This document shows, piece by piece, positions 27,005 through 38,860 of a DNA stretch of 64,000 nt. The notes beneath the pieces are model-generated. The model was not told the DNA's origin, did no database searches, and was given only the letters and a program-made list of their open reading frames with translations. The stretch's first letter is position 1, and the number at the start of each line of letters is the position of its first letter. Origin of the DNA: the human T2T-CHM13v2.0 reference genome, Homo sapiens; assembly GCF_009914755.1 (NCBI RefSeq), contig NC_060925.1; one strand, 5' to 3'. Made by a program: the position numbers and the translations under genes.

Positions 27005-27015
27005 GAGAAGTTTTT

Positions 27016-27451
27016 GGTGCTTTCCCTTTGCCTTTTGAGCTGCCATAACAAAGTATCACAAACGAGTGGCTTAAGCCACAGAAGTTTATTGTCTTTCAGT
27101 TCTGGATGCTAGAAGTCCAAGATCAAGGAGCCAGCAGGGTGGTTCCTTCTGAGGGCTGTGAGGGAGAATCTTTTCATGCCTCTCTCCTAGTTTCTGGTGG
27201 CTTGCTGGCAATCTTTAGCATTCCTTGGCTTGTGGCATCATAATTCCAATCTTTATGTGGCATTCTCTCTCTGTGCATGTCTGTTGGTGTCCAAATTTCC
27301 CCTTTTCATAAGGACACCAGTCATAGTGGATTAGAACCACCCTGATGGCTTCATCTTACTTGATTACCTCTGTCACGTTCACTCGTGCTAGGGGTTAGGA
27401 TTCCAGCATGTTTGTGGCAGGTGGGGGGCGGGCACAGTTCAACTCATCACA
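27016..27451 (-). mobile_element. MLT1 (B/C-like) MaLR LTR
   Basis: ctgccataacaaagtatcacaaac...agaagtccaagatcaagg...aaggacaccagtcat. Confidence 0.85.
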
Positions 27452-27661
27452 CTCTCTTTGGGATGTTCCTTCTCTGATGTGGGGTAGAGTGGCCCCAGTT
27501 AAGCTGGTTTCTATATGACTGTTCCCTGGGCTAAACTGGAGTCTCCTCCATGTGAGCTGCATTTCAGAACTGCATATGCCTCAGGTGCAAAAGCTTTAGC
27601 AATAATGTCTCTTTGTTTTCGTTATGAGTATCAATCATATGGGTGAGATTTTAAAAATGAG

Positions 27662-27884
27662 GTTGGTCAGGCTGGTACCCTGTCTCTACTAAAAATACAA
27701 AATTAGCTGGGCGTGGTGGTGTGCACCTGTAATTCCAGCTACTTGGGAGGCTGAGGCAGGAGAATCACCTGAACCTGGGAGCGAGCTGATATCGTGCCAT
27801 TGCACTCCAGCCTGGGCAACAAGAGTGAAACTCCAACTCAAAAAAAAAAAAAAAAAAAGGAAAGAAAAGAAAAAAGAACAGAAA
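27662..27884 (+). mobile_element. 5'-truncated AluSp/Sq with a tiny inverted 5' segment
   Basis: Sense body from 27677 (accctgtctctactaaaaataca...gggcaacaagagtgaaactcc) and A-rich tail; TSD aaaatga(g/a)gttggt. Confidence 0.9.
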
Positions 27885-27924
27885 AAAATGAAGTTGGTGG
27901 ACTGTGGGCTCACTCACATACCTA

Positions 27925-28483
27925 TTTCTTTTTAAACTGCTTTATTAAGATATAATTCACATACCATAAAATTCACCCATTTACAGGGCACAATTCAATG
28001 ACTTTTCGTTTATTCACAGTTATGCATCCATCACCATAATCCATTTGAGAACATTTTCATTACCTCAAAAAGAAACCCCATGCCACTTAGCCATCATCCC
28101 CAATATCCCTATCTTCTTTTCCTGCAGCCTTTAGCAAATCACCAATCTGCTTTGACTCTATATGTTTGCCCGTTCTGGAGAATTCATATCATACAACATG
28201 TGGCTTTTTGTATCTGGCTTGTTCGACTTAGCATAATGTTTTCAGGGTTCATTCATGTTGTCTCATGCATCAGCACTTCATTCTTTTTATGGCTGAATAA
28301 CGTTATATTCTATGGACATATCATGTTTTATTTCTCCGTTCATCAGTTAGTGGATGTTAAGGTTGTTTCTAATGCTTCTGCGAACATTTCATGTACAAGT
28401 CTTTATGTAGACATATATTTTCATTTCTCTTGGGTATATACCTAGGAGTGGAGTTGCTGGGTTGTATGGTGACTTTATTTTTA
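27925..28483 (-). mobile_element. L1MB-type 3' end
   Basis: gatataattcacataccataaaattcacccattt...cttgggtatatacctaggagtggagttgctggg. Confidence 0.9.
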
Positions 28484-29459
28484 AGAACCAGAATCCTCAT
28501 CAATACTCCCAAAGCTGATCATTCCAAATCTACCCAATACTGTGTATGTTTTTCTTTACAGAAGTGACATTCTCACCTTATTTATCTTTTCAGTGGCTGG
28601 GGAAAGCAGTCCAGGGAGAAACTGATGAAATTCAGGAAGTCTAAGCAGGAGGGAAGGGCAGGGGACTTAGAGTGCAGGAAGCACACAGCAGGGTCAAGCT
28701 GGCTGCATCTCTGGAGGGACAGATGCGAGAGAGGAGGAACAGACTAGCCTGTGCTTTACTGGGAAAACAAAACACAACAAAACAGGAATCTGAAGTAGCC
28801 GAGGAAGCCACACCCTCGTTATTGTGGCCCACACTTTCGCCTGGGAAATGGGGACTGGAGCACAACAGAAGGCAGAATTTTGCTGCAGGCTGACTGCTAA
28901 GTGGCCGGTTTCTGGCTGCAAGTACCAGGTACCCCTCGCATTCATGGTGCACAAAGCCGTCTCAAGGCTTTCCTAATGGGAGGTGTTATCTCCATTCTAT
29001 AGACTGAGAAGCCCTGTGCACCGAGGAAGCTGGGCCTTCCACCCCCATGCCTCCTCCCACCCTTGGTGGGCACAGGGTGAGTCGGTGGTGGCACGAATGC
29101 AGTCCAGGTCTTCTGCTTCCAAACCCGAGCTTTATCTCCCAGACCATGCTGCCTCTTGGAGCCTTCTGGAGAGGATCGTGCTGTTGAAATGAGTATTGGT
29201 CCAAACTTTGGAGTCTGGGCTTCAAGGGCCTGCATGACTTTCCACTCCAGCTTCCAGCCACCATCATTCCTCATGTCTTCCCCACGAGGGTGTCCAGTGC
29301 TGCAAAGGGAACCTGCAAAAAATGACTTGCTTGCTTTCGTACATCCAGGCAAGCCTTTGCCCACACCCCAGATTTCTCTTTTCTATCCATTTTATTTAAT
29401 TCCTCCTGGAGTTATTCAAATAAAAGTATGTGGACCCTGGATGATACATGGGATTTGAC

Positions 29460-29781
29460 TGATTTATTTTTAAGGGATTGGCTCATGCAATGGTGGGAGC
29501 TGGCAAGACCAAAATCTACAGGGCAAGCCAGCTAGAATCTCAGGCAGGAGTTGATGCTGCAGTCTTTAAGGTAGAATTTCTTCTCTGTGATGCCTCAGTT
29601 TTTCTCTTAAGGCTTTCAAGGATTAGATGAGGCCCATCTTCATCATTGAGAGTAATCTTTACTTAAAGTCAGCTGATAGTAGATGTAAACCATAGCCACA
29701 AAACACCTTCCCACCAATACCTAGATGAGTGTTTGATTTTCCTATAGCCTCGCCAAGTTGACACCTAAGCCTGACCGTCAC
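29460..29781 (-). mobile_element. MLT2D-like ERVL LTR
   Basis: gattggctcatgcaatggtgggagctggcaag...tacttaaagtcagctgat...gccaagttgacacctaagcctgaccgtcaca. Confidence 0.8.
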
Positions 29782-30137
29782 ACTCTGTCATAGGAGAGTT
29801 ATGAGGATGAAGTCAGATACTGTGCAGTAGCTGGCACATGGTAAGCACTGATTCGTTATTACTACTGCTATGATTTTAATTTTTGTCTTGCTTTTTGGTC
29901 TGCTACTGATTCAACAAAAGCCCTGTGCTTCTTTCCTAGGTATTTGCCACTCGGATACATCACATCTAAGGGGATGTTTGTTTGCTATGAAAGCAGAATT
30001 TAAACTATGCAAACACAGTAGTAGTAGGCTCCTGGAGGGCAAGCAGTGATTTATACATAGCTCAGAATAAATGCTCAATATATATCAAGAAATGAATGCA
30101 TAAGTGAAAAGAAAGTCCTTTGAAGCATGGCTTAGGT

Positions 30138-30720
30138 CAGTGCTGCCCAATACACATATGATGCCAGTATTTTTTTTTTTTTTGACAGAGTCTCACTCTG
30201 TTGCCCAAGCTGGAGTGCAGTAGCACAATCACAGCTCACTGCAGCCTGGAACTCCTCAGCTCAAGCGATCCTCCTACCTCAGCCTCATAAGTAGGTGGGA
30301 CAACAGGCACTGCCACCACATTTGGCTAATTTTGAAATTTTTTGTAGAGATGGGGATTTTTCCTTGTTACTCAGGCTGGTCTCAAACTTCTGGCCTCAAG
30401 CGATCCTCACACCTTGGCCTCCTCATACCCCAGCCTCCCAAAGTGCTGAGATTACAGGTGTAAGCTACTGCATCTGGCCTATAATGCCAGTTTCATATGT
30501 AACTTAAAACTTTCTAGTAGCATATTAAAAAAAGAAACAGATAACAATACCCAAAATATTGTTTCAACATGTAATCAATATAAATATTTTTAAGCGGACA
30601 TTTTACATGATTTTCCCAGCACATGTGTTATACTCATGGCATATCACCATTTGGACTGGCCACATTTCAAATCCTCCATAACTACATATGGCTGGTGGCT
30701 ACTGTATTGGATGACATGGG
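30138..30720 (+). mobile_element. MER33 (hAT-Charlie) interrupted by an AluJ
   Basis: cagtgctgcccaata start; tttctagtagcatattaaaa...tttcaacatgtaatcaatataaa...tggctggtggctactgtattgga. Confidence 0.8.
30170..30479 (-). mobile_element. AluJ element
   Basis: Full Alu; TSD-like atgatgccagt / ataatgccagt. Confidence 0.95.
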
Positions 30721-31045
30721 TTTAGCTGAATGTTTCTTCAAGTCTATTTCTCAAAGAATTGCATCCTAATCAATGCGGCTCAGGTAGGGTGGGCCCTACT
30801 TTAGGACAATCTCTGAATGATTCCCAGACTTATGCCTTCTTGTTCCTGGGTGGTTTATAACCAATCCTCAGGAAGATAAAATAGAAATTAAAAGTTAGCA
30901 TTTAGAAAGTTATATAACAATTGGCAGAGTAATTTTACATTCTTTGAATCTAACAGTTGAAAAAAATCAGGAACTATATTACGTGTTTTTTTATAATTTA
31001 ATTTTTTGATAAATGCATTTGTATTGTATTTTTGAAATTATCCAT

Positions 31046-31363
31046 GCTGGGCATGGGGGCTCATGCCTGTAATCCCAACACTTTGGGAAGCTGAGGCAGG
31101 AGGAGGATTGCTTGAGGCCAGGAGTTTGAGACCTGCCTGGGAATATAGTGAGACTCCCATCTCTACAAAAGAAAAATAAAAAAATTGGCTAGGTGTGGTG
31201 GAATGTGCGTGTAGTCCCAGCCACTTGGGAGGCTAAGGTGGGAGGATTGCTCCAGCCCAGAGGCTCAGTGAGCTATGATCACACCATTGCACTCCAGCCT
31301 GGGTGACAGAGTGAGACTGTCAAAAAAAAAAAAAAAAAAAAGGAAAAAGAAAAAAAAGAAAGA
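31046..31363 (+). mobile_element. AluJ element
   Basis: gctgggcatgggggctcatgcctgtaatcc...ggattgcttgaggccaggagtttgag...long A-rich tail. Confidence 0.95.
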
Positions 31364-32382
31364 AACTATTTGTGGTGGAATGAAAATAAATAAAAACTGG
31401 CCTTTCATCAGAGGCAGTCTGAGCAACAGTTCTAGATGACGGATGGAAGCAGAGTCTCTGGGGTGGGTGTTGGGAATCTGTGTGTTTTTCGAAACCCCCG
31501 GATGATTCTCAGGCACATGCAAGTTTGAGCCTTCTGCAATTAGACCCAAACCCCCAAGAAATATAGACCTCATTTTATTTTCCCTCAAATTACTGTGTCC
31601 AGAAACAGAGCCTCAAGCCTGGGCGGGTCTTCGTAACAAGGGCAGCTCTGCTGACTTCAAAGACCTGGTCCCAGCGCCGGTGGGGAGCCCTGTGCCACCC
31701 GACATCCACGCAAGCCAGAGCATGAGTCTCACACAGTCCCGCTTCTTCTTGAGACCCTGTGTGAAGCCTCTAGGAGAGTGAGATTTTCAAGGTTTTCTCT
31801 GATCCCTCACACAGAGAATAAGACTTTTCAATCTCCATCTCTTGGAGCAGACAGGCAATCTGTTACAAAAAAAAAAAAAAAGGAAAAAAATCTCTGGAGC
31901 TAAAGGAACTCTATTTTTTCTTGTCCTTGCTCAAAGCTTTTATAGAACATCTTGAGCTTTCAAAGGCAGTGCGTGTATTGATTTTCTGTCCCTGACCCCC
32001 AGGGTTCATTGCTGCTGTGTTTTGGGCTAAGGCTCCCTATAGAAATCCCAGTGGCCTCAACTCGGGAAGTCTTGGTGATTGGATGATATCGGAAGCAGTT
32101 TCCTTATATAAACCATCACAGATGTCCTTTGTAATTTGTCACCTTCTCTCTCTGTGAGGCTTTCCTCACAGGATCTTTGCTGTGTGGCTTGAAACTTTTA
32201 AATCAGCCTTCAGGCCAGAATTTCTGCAGGGAAATGGAGGCCTTTGCCTCTGCTGTGCCGTGGTGGAGTTGTTTGAGGTTCTTCCAGTGGAGTCGTTTTA
32301 GGCTCTGGGACCCGCCCCACCAAGCCCCAGTACCCACTTAGAGATTGATTTAGTCTATTTCCACAAAATTTCAATATGCTAT

Positions 32383-32758
32383 TGTGTTAATCTGCGAGGG
32401 CTGCCACAGCGAAAGACCACAGACTGGGTGGCTTAAACAACTGACATTTATTTTCTCACAATTCTAGAGGCTAGAAGTCCAAGATCAATGTGTTGGCAGG
32501 CTTGGGTTCCCCCGAGGCCTCTCTCTGTGGCTTGCAGAGGCTCCTGTGTCCTCATGCGGCCTTCCTTTTCTCTCTCTGTGTGCTCCTAGTGTCTCTGCCT
32601 CTTCTTAGAAGGACACCAGTCCCATGGGATTAAGGTCCCACCCTTATGCCCTCATTCAACCTTAATTACCTCTTTAACGGCCATATCTCCAAATATAGTC
32701 TCTGGGGCTTAGGACTCCAACATATGAATTTTTGCAGGACACAATTCAGTCTATAACA
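32383..32758 (-). mobile_element. MLT1A/B-like MaLR LTR
   Basis: cacagactgggtggcttaaacaac...tctagaggctagaagtccaagatc...ggacacaattcagtctataaca. Confidence 0.88.
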
Positions 32759-33139
32759 ACCACTAAGATGGTTTCTGCTTATTGCTCCACTTTCTCTGCA
32801 TTCTGTGTTTCTGACGGCTCTGTCTCCTGCCTCTACCATCAATGTTTGCTTTGTGTACCGTCTCTTTCTGGAGGAGGACAGCCTTCATAGCTGTGTTCCC
32901 TTCCACCCGTGGTGACGTTGCTGGCTTTCAGAAGAGTGTTTTGTGGGCAACAATAATTCTTATTAGAGATTGCTCTTCACCTCCTATTCTTCAGAAATTA
33001 TTCCAGGCTTTATGTAAAACCTGATTTTTGTGCACGCAACACCCATTTCCCCACTCTTCTCTCCTATGGAGACCTGCTTTCCCCTCCATTGCCCCAGATT
33101 CAGCAGGAGAACAGGAACTAGTTGCCTTCATGTTTGCAA

Positions 33140-33305
33140 CTGCTTAACCTCTCTGTGACTCGGCTTCCACTTTGCAAAATGGAGATGATAGTACCTGCCT
33201 TATGAGGTGGTTGCCAGGATTAACTGAGAACCTACTTGAAGAAGGTTAGGTACATAGGACAGCACCTGGTATGTAGAAAGAACTCAATATGTGTTCATTA
33301 TTACT
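33140..33305 (+). mobile_element. MIR fragment
   Basis: cttaacctctctgtgactcggcttcc...aaaatggagatgatagtacctgcc. Confidence 0.75.
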
Positions 33306-33806
33306 GTGGTCAACTTTTTTTTCTTCCCCAGCAATCAACTAGTCCCTAGTAAGTGATCCCTGGCTTGCGATTGTATTTTCTCAAAGCCAGCAGGTTTCAT
33401 CAAAGACTAGCAATAAGCTGAGTTTGTAGATTTTTTTTTTTTTTTTTGGATAACCATATTAAATTACTTTCCTAATTTACCCGCAAATTAGCACCATTGG
33501 GTGGAATGAAAACTCTAATTCAGGAAAATCTTTGAACTAATCCAAGTGGAATGCTCTTACTCTTAGCTGCACCAACCTCACCCTTTCTTGTGTGGGTGCC
33601 TGTGGTGGCTTGTCCTCCTCCTCTCTCCACTTGTCTAAAGCTGACCCATCTTGAGAGACCAATCAAGGTTCCTCTTAGAGTAAGTGCTGTGGAGTTTTGT
33701 CCTTTGTCTCCTGGAGTCAGGAGTTAAATTTTATCCTTATTTTGTGGAACTCATAGAACTTATCTCTGGGCTGAGCACATAGCAAGTGCTTCAGAAATAT
33801 TTGTTG

Positions 33807-34127
<321 letters not shown>

Positions 34128-36294
34128 TTATCTTGGGTAAGTTTATTGGAAAAAATACTTAGTTCACATCGAAAAGAGCACTCACCCGTGGGTCAAATCT
34201 AACCCCCCATTCTGATTCTTCTAATGGGATGATAGCCCACTGAATTCAGAATCCGTAAGGGAGGAGAAAACAGTTGTCACATTTCTACATTTCTCACTAA
34301 TTCAGTATTATAACTAAATATAGTGTTATTTAATGTTCTGAAATAGGTCAATTTTAGAGTCATTTTAAGGAAACCTATGCATTGAAGCTTTAGTATTTTA
34401 TGTGGGTCACCTGGATTCTCAGTGAATATGAGAAAATGAACCAAATAGGTTTTAAGCAAAGATTCCTGGTAGATTTTACTTCCTTGGTGTCTTCAAGCTC
34501 AACTTATTCCAGGCCTGAAGGACATGGTTTAGTTCATCCGTGCAGTTGACAGAAGATTGCATGGAACAGGGATTCCCCTTTCTCCTCTGTTTCTTTTCAC
34601 AGCAGCTGACTTCAGCTGCCTTGTTGTCTCCTAGGCTCCCACACAGTGGGTGTGGGGGAGGTCGCGTGGCTCCTGAGTCTGCACTGACTTTAAGGCCTGT
34701 TTTTCTAGGGTGTTGGGAATGCATTCTACCATCTCCATGAGGCTAAGCTCCTATCGGCAACATGAAGACTAGTTGATCTCGAAAGTACTTTCCATTCCCA
34801 TTAGCTTGTGATGTTGGAAGACACAAGATCAGCTTTCCTGGAGTTTCTCTCTAACGTGAACCATGTAAACCTGAGCTGGGGCAAGAACCCAGGCCTGGAA
34901 CTGCCTTGAAGGCTAAAAGGTGAAGGTCAGGGGAGTCCCGGATGGAAGGCTCGCCTTCACTCACACCATCTCCAGGAATTCCCCCCTCCAGTAGCCTGGT
35001 GCTCCAGCCTGGGTGGCGTCAGCTGCTATTCCAGGAGAAGGCGAGGCTTCCAGATGAACAAGTCTCTTTAAAAACACTGGGGCTGACGGTGTGATAGCCC
35101 ACTCAAGAGCCAACAGAACAGCTGCAAAATATGATAAAAATCATTTGAAAAGTTCATTGATTTTTCAGTAAAACTGCAAATCCTTCACTTTATAATAATT
35201 GTTCCCTCACACTTTTGAATCTTGTTCTTGAGCTACAAGGGCGTTTAGGTCAGGCTGCATTCAGCAAACGGGCCTGGGAAGACAATGGCCCATGGCTGAA
35301 GAGACACTTTAATCATGAGCTAATTTACAAACCAAAGCAAAACAGACTCGGGCTTTGTCTAAGATTATTAGAAGATGTTAATTCTGTGCTTAAATTATTT
35401 CTCTCACTCCTCTCTCTGAGCTCATAACTAGGAAAAAAAAAAAAAAGGAACATCAACCCTATCTCGCCCTCCCCCACTTCTTATCTTCCTAATTAAATTT
35501 TGTGACTTGGCATCCACGGGTGGGTGGGTTACTTTTTTCCCTTTCTTCTTTTCTCTCTGAGGACAATGTACTTGTTATTCAAATTCTTATTGCTTCTTGG
35601 TGTGAGCTTCTAGCACCTAGATAAAATGGCTGTTAAGTCTTTCCTCCCCACATTTTCTCTAGGTCCAGAGAAATAATGAAAGAACTTGGTACAGAATTAG
35701 TTTCTCATGGACCTGCAATACAGCACATCCCAGAGACCAGCAGAGGCTGTGGCCAGCACTGTCCACTGCCCCGCCTCCGCAGCACAGAGACCTCCTCAGT
35801 AGCAGGCTCAGCCCTGTCCTGTGCTGCTGGCTCCACCCTCCTCCCAGGCTGGCGGGATCCCACAGCCAGGATATAAAAGTACACGAGCAAACAAACCCCA
35901 AACTGGACTAACTCTCAATTATCTGCATGAGTGAGGGCTAATCCAATATTCATTTCTACTTGGCTTTGGAATGCCTTGTATGATTTGTACAGGACAGATT
36001 TACCTGGCTGGTTCCGCTTTGCTTGGGTGAATAGTGTTAGCATTTCCAATCTGTCCATGGATTACTAGTGAGGATAGCACCCTGCTAACATGCTGGTGTG
36101 GAAGGGAAATCAATTTGGGAAGGAGCATCCGACAAAGGTAATCCACGTATGGTATCACTGAGCTGGCTGCCCTCCCATCATTTCATCTCGTGGCCATTTC
36201 TCCTTGTTATTCTCATCCACTGAAAGCATCTGGGTATACTTCGGTATCTTGACACATTTCTACTCCTGGACGGTAAGGAGAGGCAATTTACCAA

Positions 36295-36800
36295 CTGATT
36301 CATTTATTCAATAAATAGTTATTGAATATCTTCTATACATCAGGCACTATGCTAGGGACTGGGGAAACAACTCTGAAGTCATCATGGAGCCGATGGAGCT
36401 TACACACATATGAGAAAGATAATCATGCCCACAGACACTTATGAGTGTGGTAGGAGTTGTGGTGGGAGAGGAGCAGGCTGTTCCAGGATCACCTTGTGGG
36501 GCCACCAAATGGAGACTTCTTGGGGGCACAGGAGAGACTTTTAAGGAGAGGAGAAATCTCACCTGAGACCTGAAAAACAGGTGAGAGTTGTTCAGGAGAT
36601 TTGGAGGGAGGGTATTCTAGGCAGGGAGAGTACCTTCTGCTAAGGGCCAGGACAGGTGAGTACAAGAATAGTGAGCCAGAGACCGTGAAAAGCAATTAGT
36701 GTGGTTGGAGCTCAGTCAGAGGCCGGAGGTTCAGGAGCTCAGGAAGGGTCTTGTAGAAATGGTAAGCACTTTGGGGTAACAGTAAAAAGTTGAAAGTCGC
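36295..36800 (-). mobile_element. L2 fragment
   Basis: ttcatttattcaataaatagttattgaatatcttctat...caggcactatgctagg. Confidence 0.75.
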
Positions 36801-36915
36801 TGAACAAGTCAGTGCCTTTGGTTTTACAGGTAAGTAACTGAAGGACTGAGAATGGGAAGAAACCATAGAAGTTTGCCTAAGCAGTTGGTGGTAAAGCTGG
36901 GACTAAATCCAAATA

Positions 36916-37288
36916 TAGTTGGCCCTTGAACAACACAGGTCCAGGTCTGAACTGTGGCAGGTCCGCTTATACATGGATATTTTTCAAAAAATACATTGGA
37001 AAATTTTTTGGAGATTTGCAACAAGTTGAAAAACTTGCGGACAAACCATGTAGCCTAAAAATATTGAAAAAGCTTTGTCAAATAATAAAAAGGTTTGTCA
37101 TGAATGCATAAAATGTATGTAGATAATAGTCTATGTGTTAATCCACTATGTTATTGGTATGGCTTCTGGACAACAGTAGGCTATGAGTAATTACGTTTTG
37201 GGGGAGTCAAAAGTTTATTAATATATGCAGATTTTTGACCACATGGGGGGGGTCAGCATTCCTAATTTCTGTGTTCAAGGGTCAACTC
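36916..37288 (+). mobile_element. Tigger2a-like (TcMar-Tigger) non-autonomous DNA transposon
   Basis: Terminal inverted repeats agttggcccttgaaca / tgttcaagggtcaact flanked by TA dinucleotides (36914-36915, 37289-37290). Confidence 0.88.
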
Positions 37289-38319
37289 TATCTTAGAGTC
37301 CTTCTGCCACAGCTGCTTACAAAGACCATGCTCTTTGAACAAACAAGGACACGTGAAATTTATTAATATGAATATTCTTAATATCAATCTGACACCCCTT
37401 CAAGGGCTATTTTAAAAACATTTAATACTTATTTTTAGAGGATAAGGAGAAACTGGTTTTCTATTAATAAAATTGCACATTTTTCTTTGTGTTCAAAATA
37501 AGGGAGTTAACCTCATGCAATGTAACAATGTAACATATTTGGATTAATGTTCTTTTTCTGTCTAAACTTATACCTGGAAGGTGTTGGGCACACACAGGTG
37601 TAATTCACAAAAATGTGGCTAGACAATCTTGATAAATATATTTTTAAAATTTTTCTTTTCCCTGGCATGTCTGTAGACAAAAAGTATTCTGAATTTTCTA
37701 ATTCTTTTCCTTTTTTGGTGTGTGTGTGTATGTGTGATTTTTCTGAAAGAAGCAACTTATAGGGAGGCTTAATAAAGGCCTTCAGATTTAGATAAACCCA
37801 AACCACTTGCTTCCTAATCAGAACTGCACCTGAATAACTCAGTGTCCAAATTCCAGCTGATCGAGATGGGTGCCTTTAGAGGCGTGCCCTCTGGCTGGTG
37901 TTGTCTCTTAGCCTTGCACTAAGCAAATCACACTGTGACTATTAAAAATACACGGCAGAGCTAGGTCAACTCTGGCGGGGACCCATCTGCTTTTGCCAGA
38001 CTGGGACCAGTTTATCCTTTGTCAAGGAACCTGAGTTAACTGGTAACACTTGTTTGATCTACTTTAGCAGTGCCTCGGAGTGCTTTTCAACAGGTGCCTC
38101 AGGGAGCGTCCAGGCCACGAGGACCTAGTTAATCTGGTTCTGTCTGACTCCCATGTGGACATTGAGGGGAGAAAGGCAAATTTGATTCCTCCCAGAACCT
38201 TAAGAATTTTGGAGCAACTCAGAGTGATAGAGAAAAGGATGGAGGTGACAGAAAAGCTCTTTAATTAGAACTTCAAAGGAAATTGAGTGCTGGCTGTCCT
38301 ACATCTGTTTCCCTGCAAG

Positions 38320-38860
38320 GAGGTGGAGGGAGAGTGTTGGTGATTCCAATGAGGAATGGCGGTGGATCGTAACCAGGAAATTCATAGTGGAAATAGGATA
38401 AGTCAATTTAAGAACATTAAAAAGTGGACTTGACAGAACTTGGTGACTGGATTTGAAGAAGGAAGGAAATGTCAGGACAGTGCCTACATTTCTTGTTTGA
38501 GCAACTTGGTGGATGCTGATGCTAGACCAAAGTGGGAAACAAAAGGTGGCTAGATGTAGGGGACAGGTACTGAGTTCTGTCTGGACAAAGGGAATTTCAG
38601 GTCTATCCTAAGTGAGATGTCAAATAAGCAGTTGAGTGGATGAGGTTCTAGCACGGGAGCTGTGGCCAGGTGAGAAATATAAAATTGAGATGTCCTTCTC
38701 ATATAGAAGGTGAAGGAAGTCTTGGAATGAGATTATGCAGAGAGAGTATAGATTAAGTGGAATGAAGGGCCCATGACAGAACCTTGATTAATACCAGTTT
38801 TAAAGGAGGAAGCCATGGAATATAAGCTACAGAGGAGATTAAGGAGACAGAAACTGACCA
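38320..38860 (-). mobile_element. L2 fragment
   Basis: gacagaacttggtgactggattt...ttgagcaacttggtggatg...gagatgtcaaataagcagttg. Confidence 0.7.

Noticed and set aside
35095-35115. ctcaagagc as a third copy of the duplicated module
   Set aside because: No downstream TGCCAAGGTG, TTTGCCAAC or TTTAATTAGT blocks
36827-36835. Perfect splice donor CAG|GTAAGT
   Set aside because: Lies among L2/MIR-like debris with no convincing upstream acceptor; chance occurrence is plausible in 64 kb
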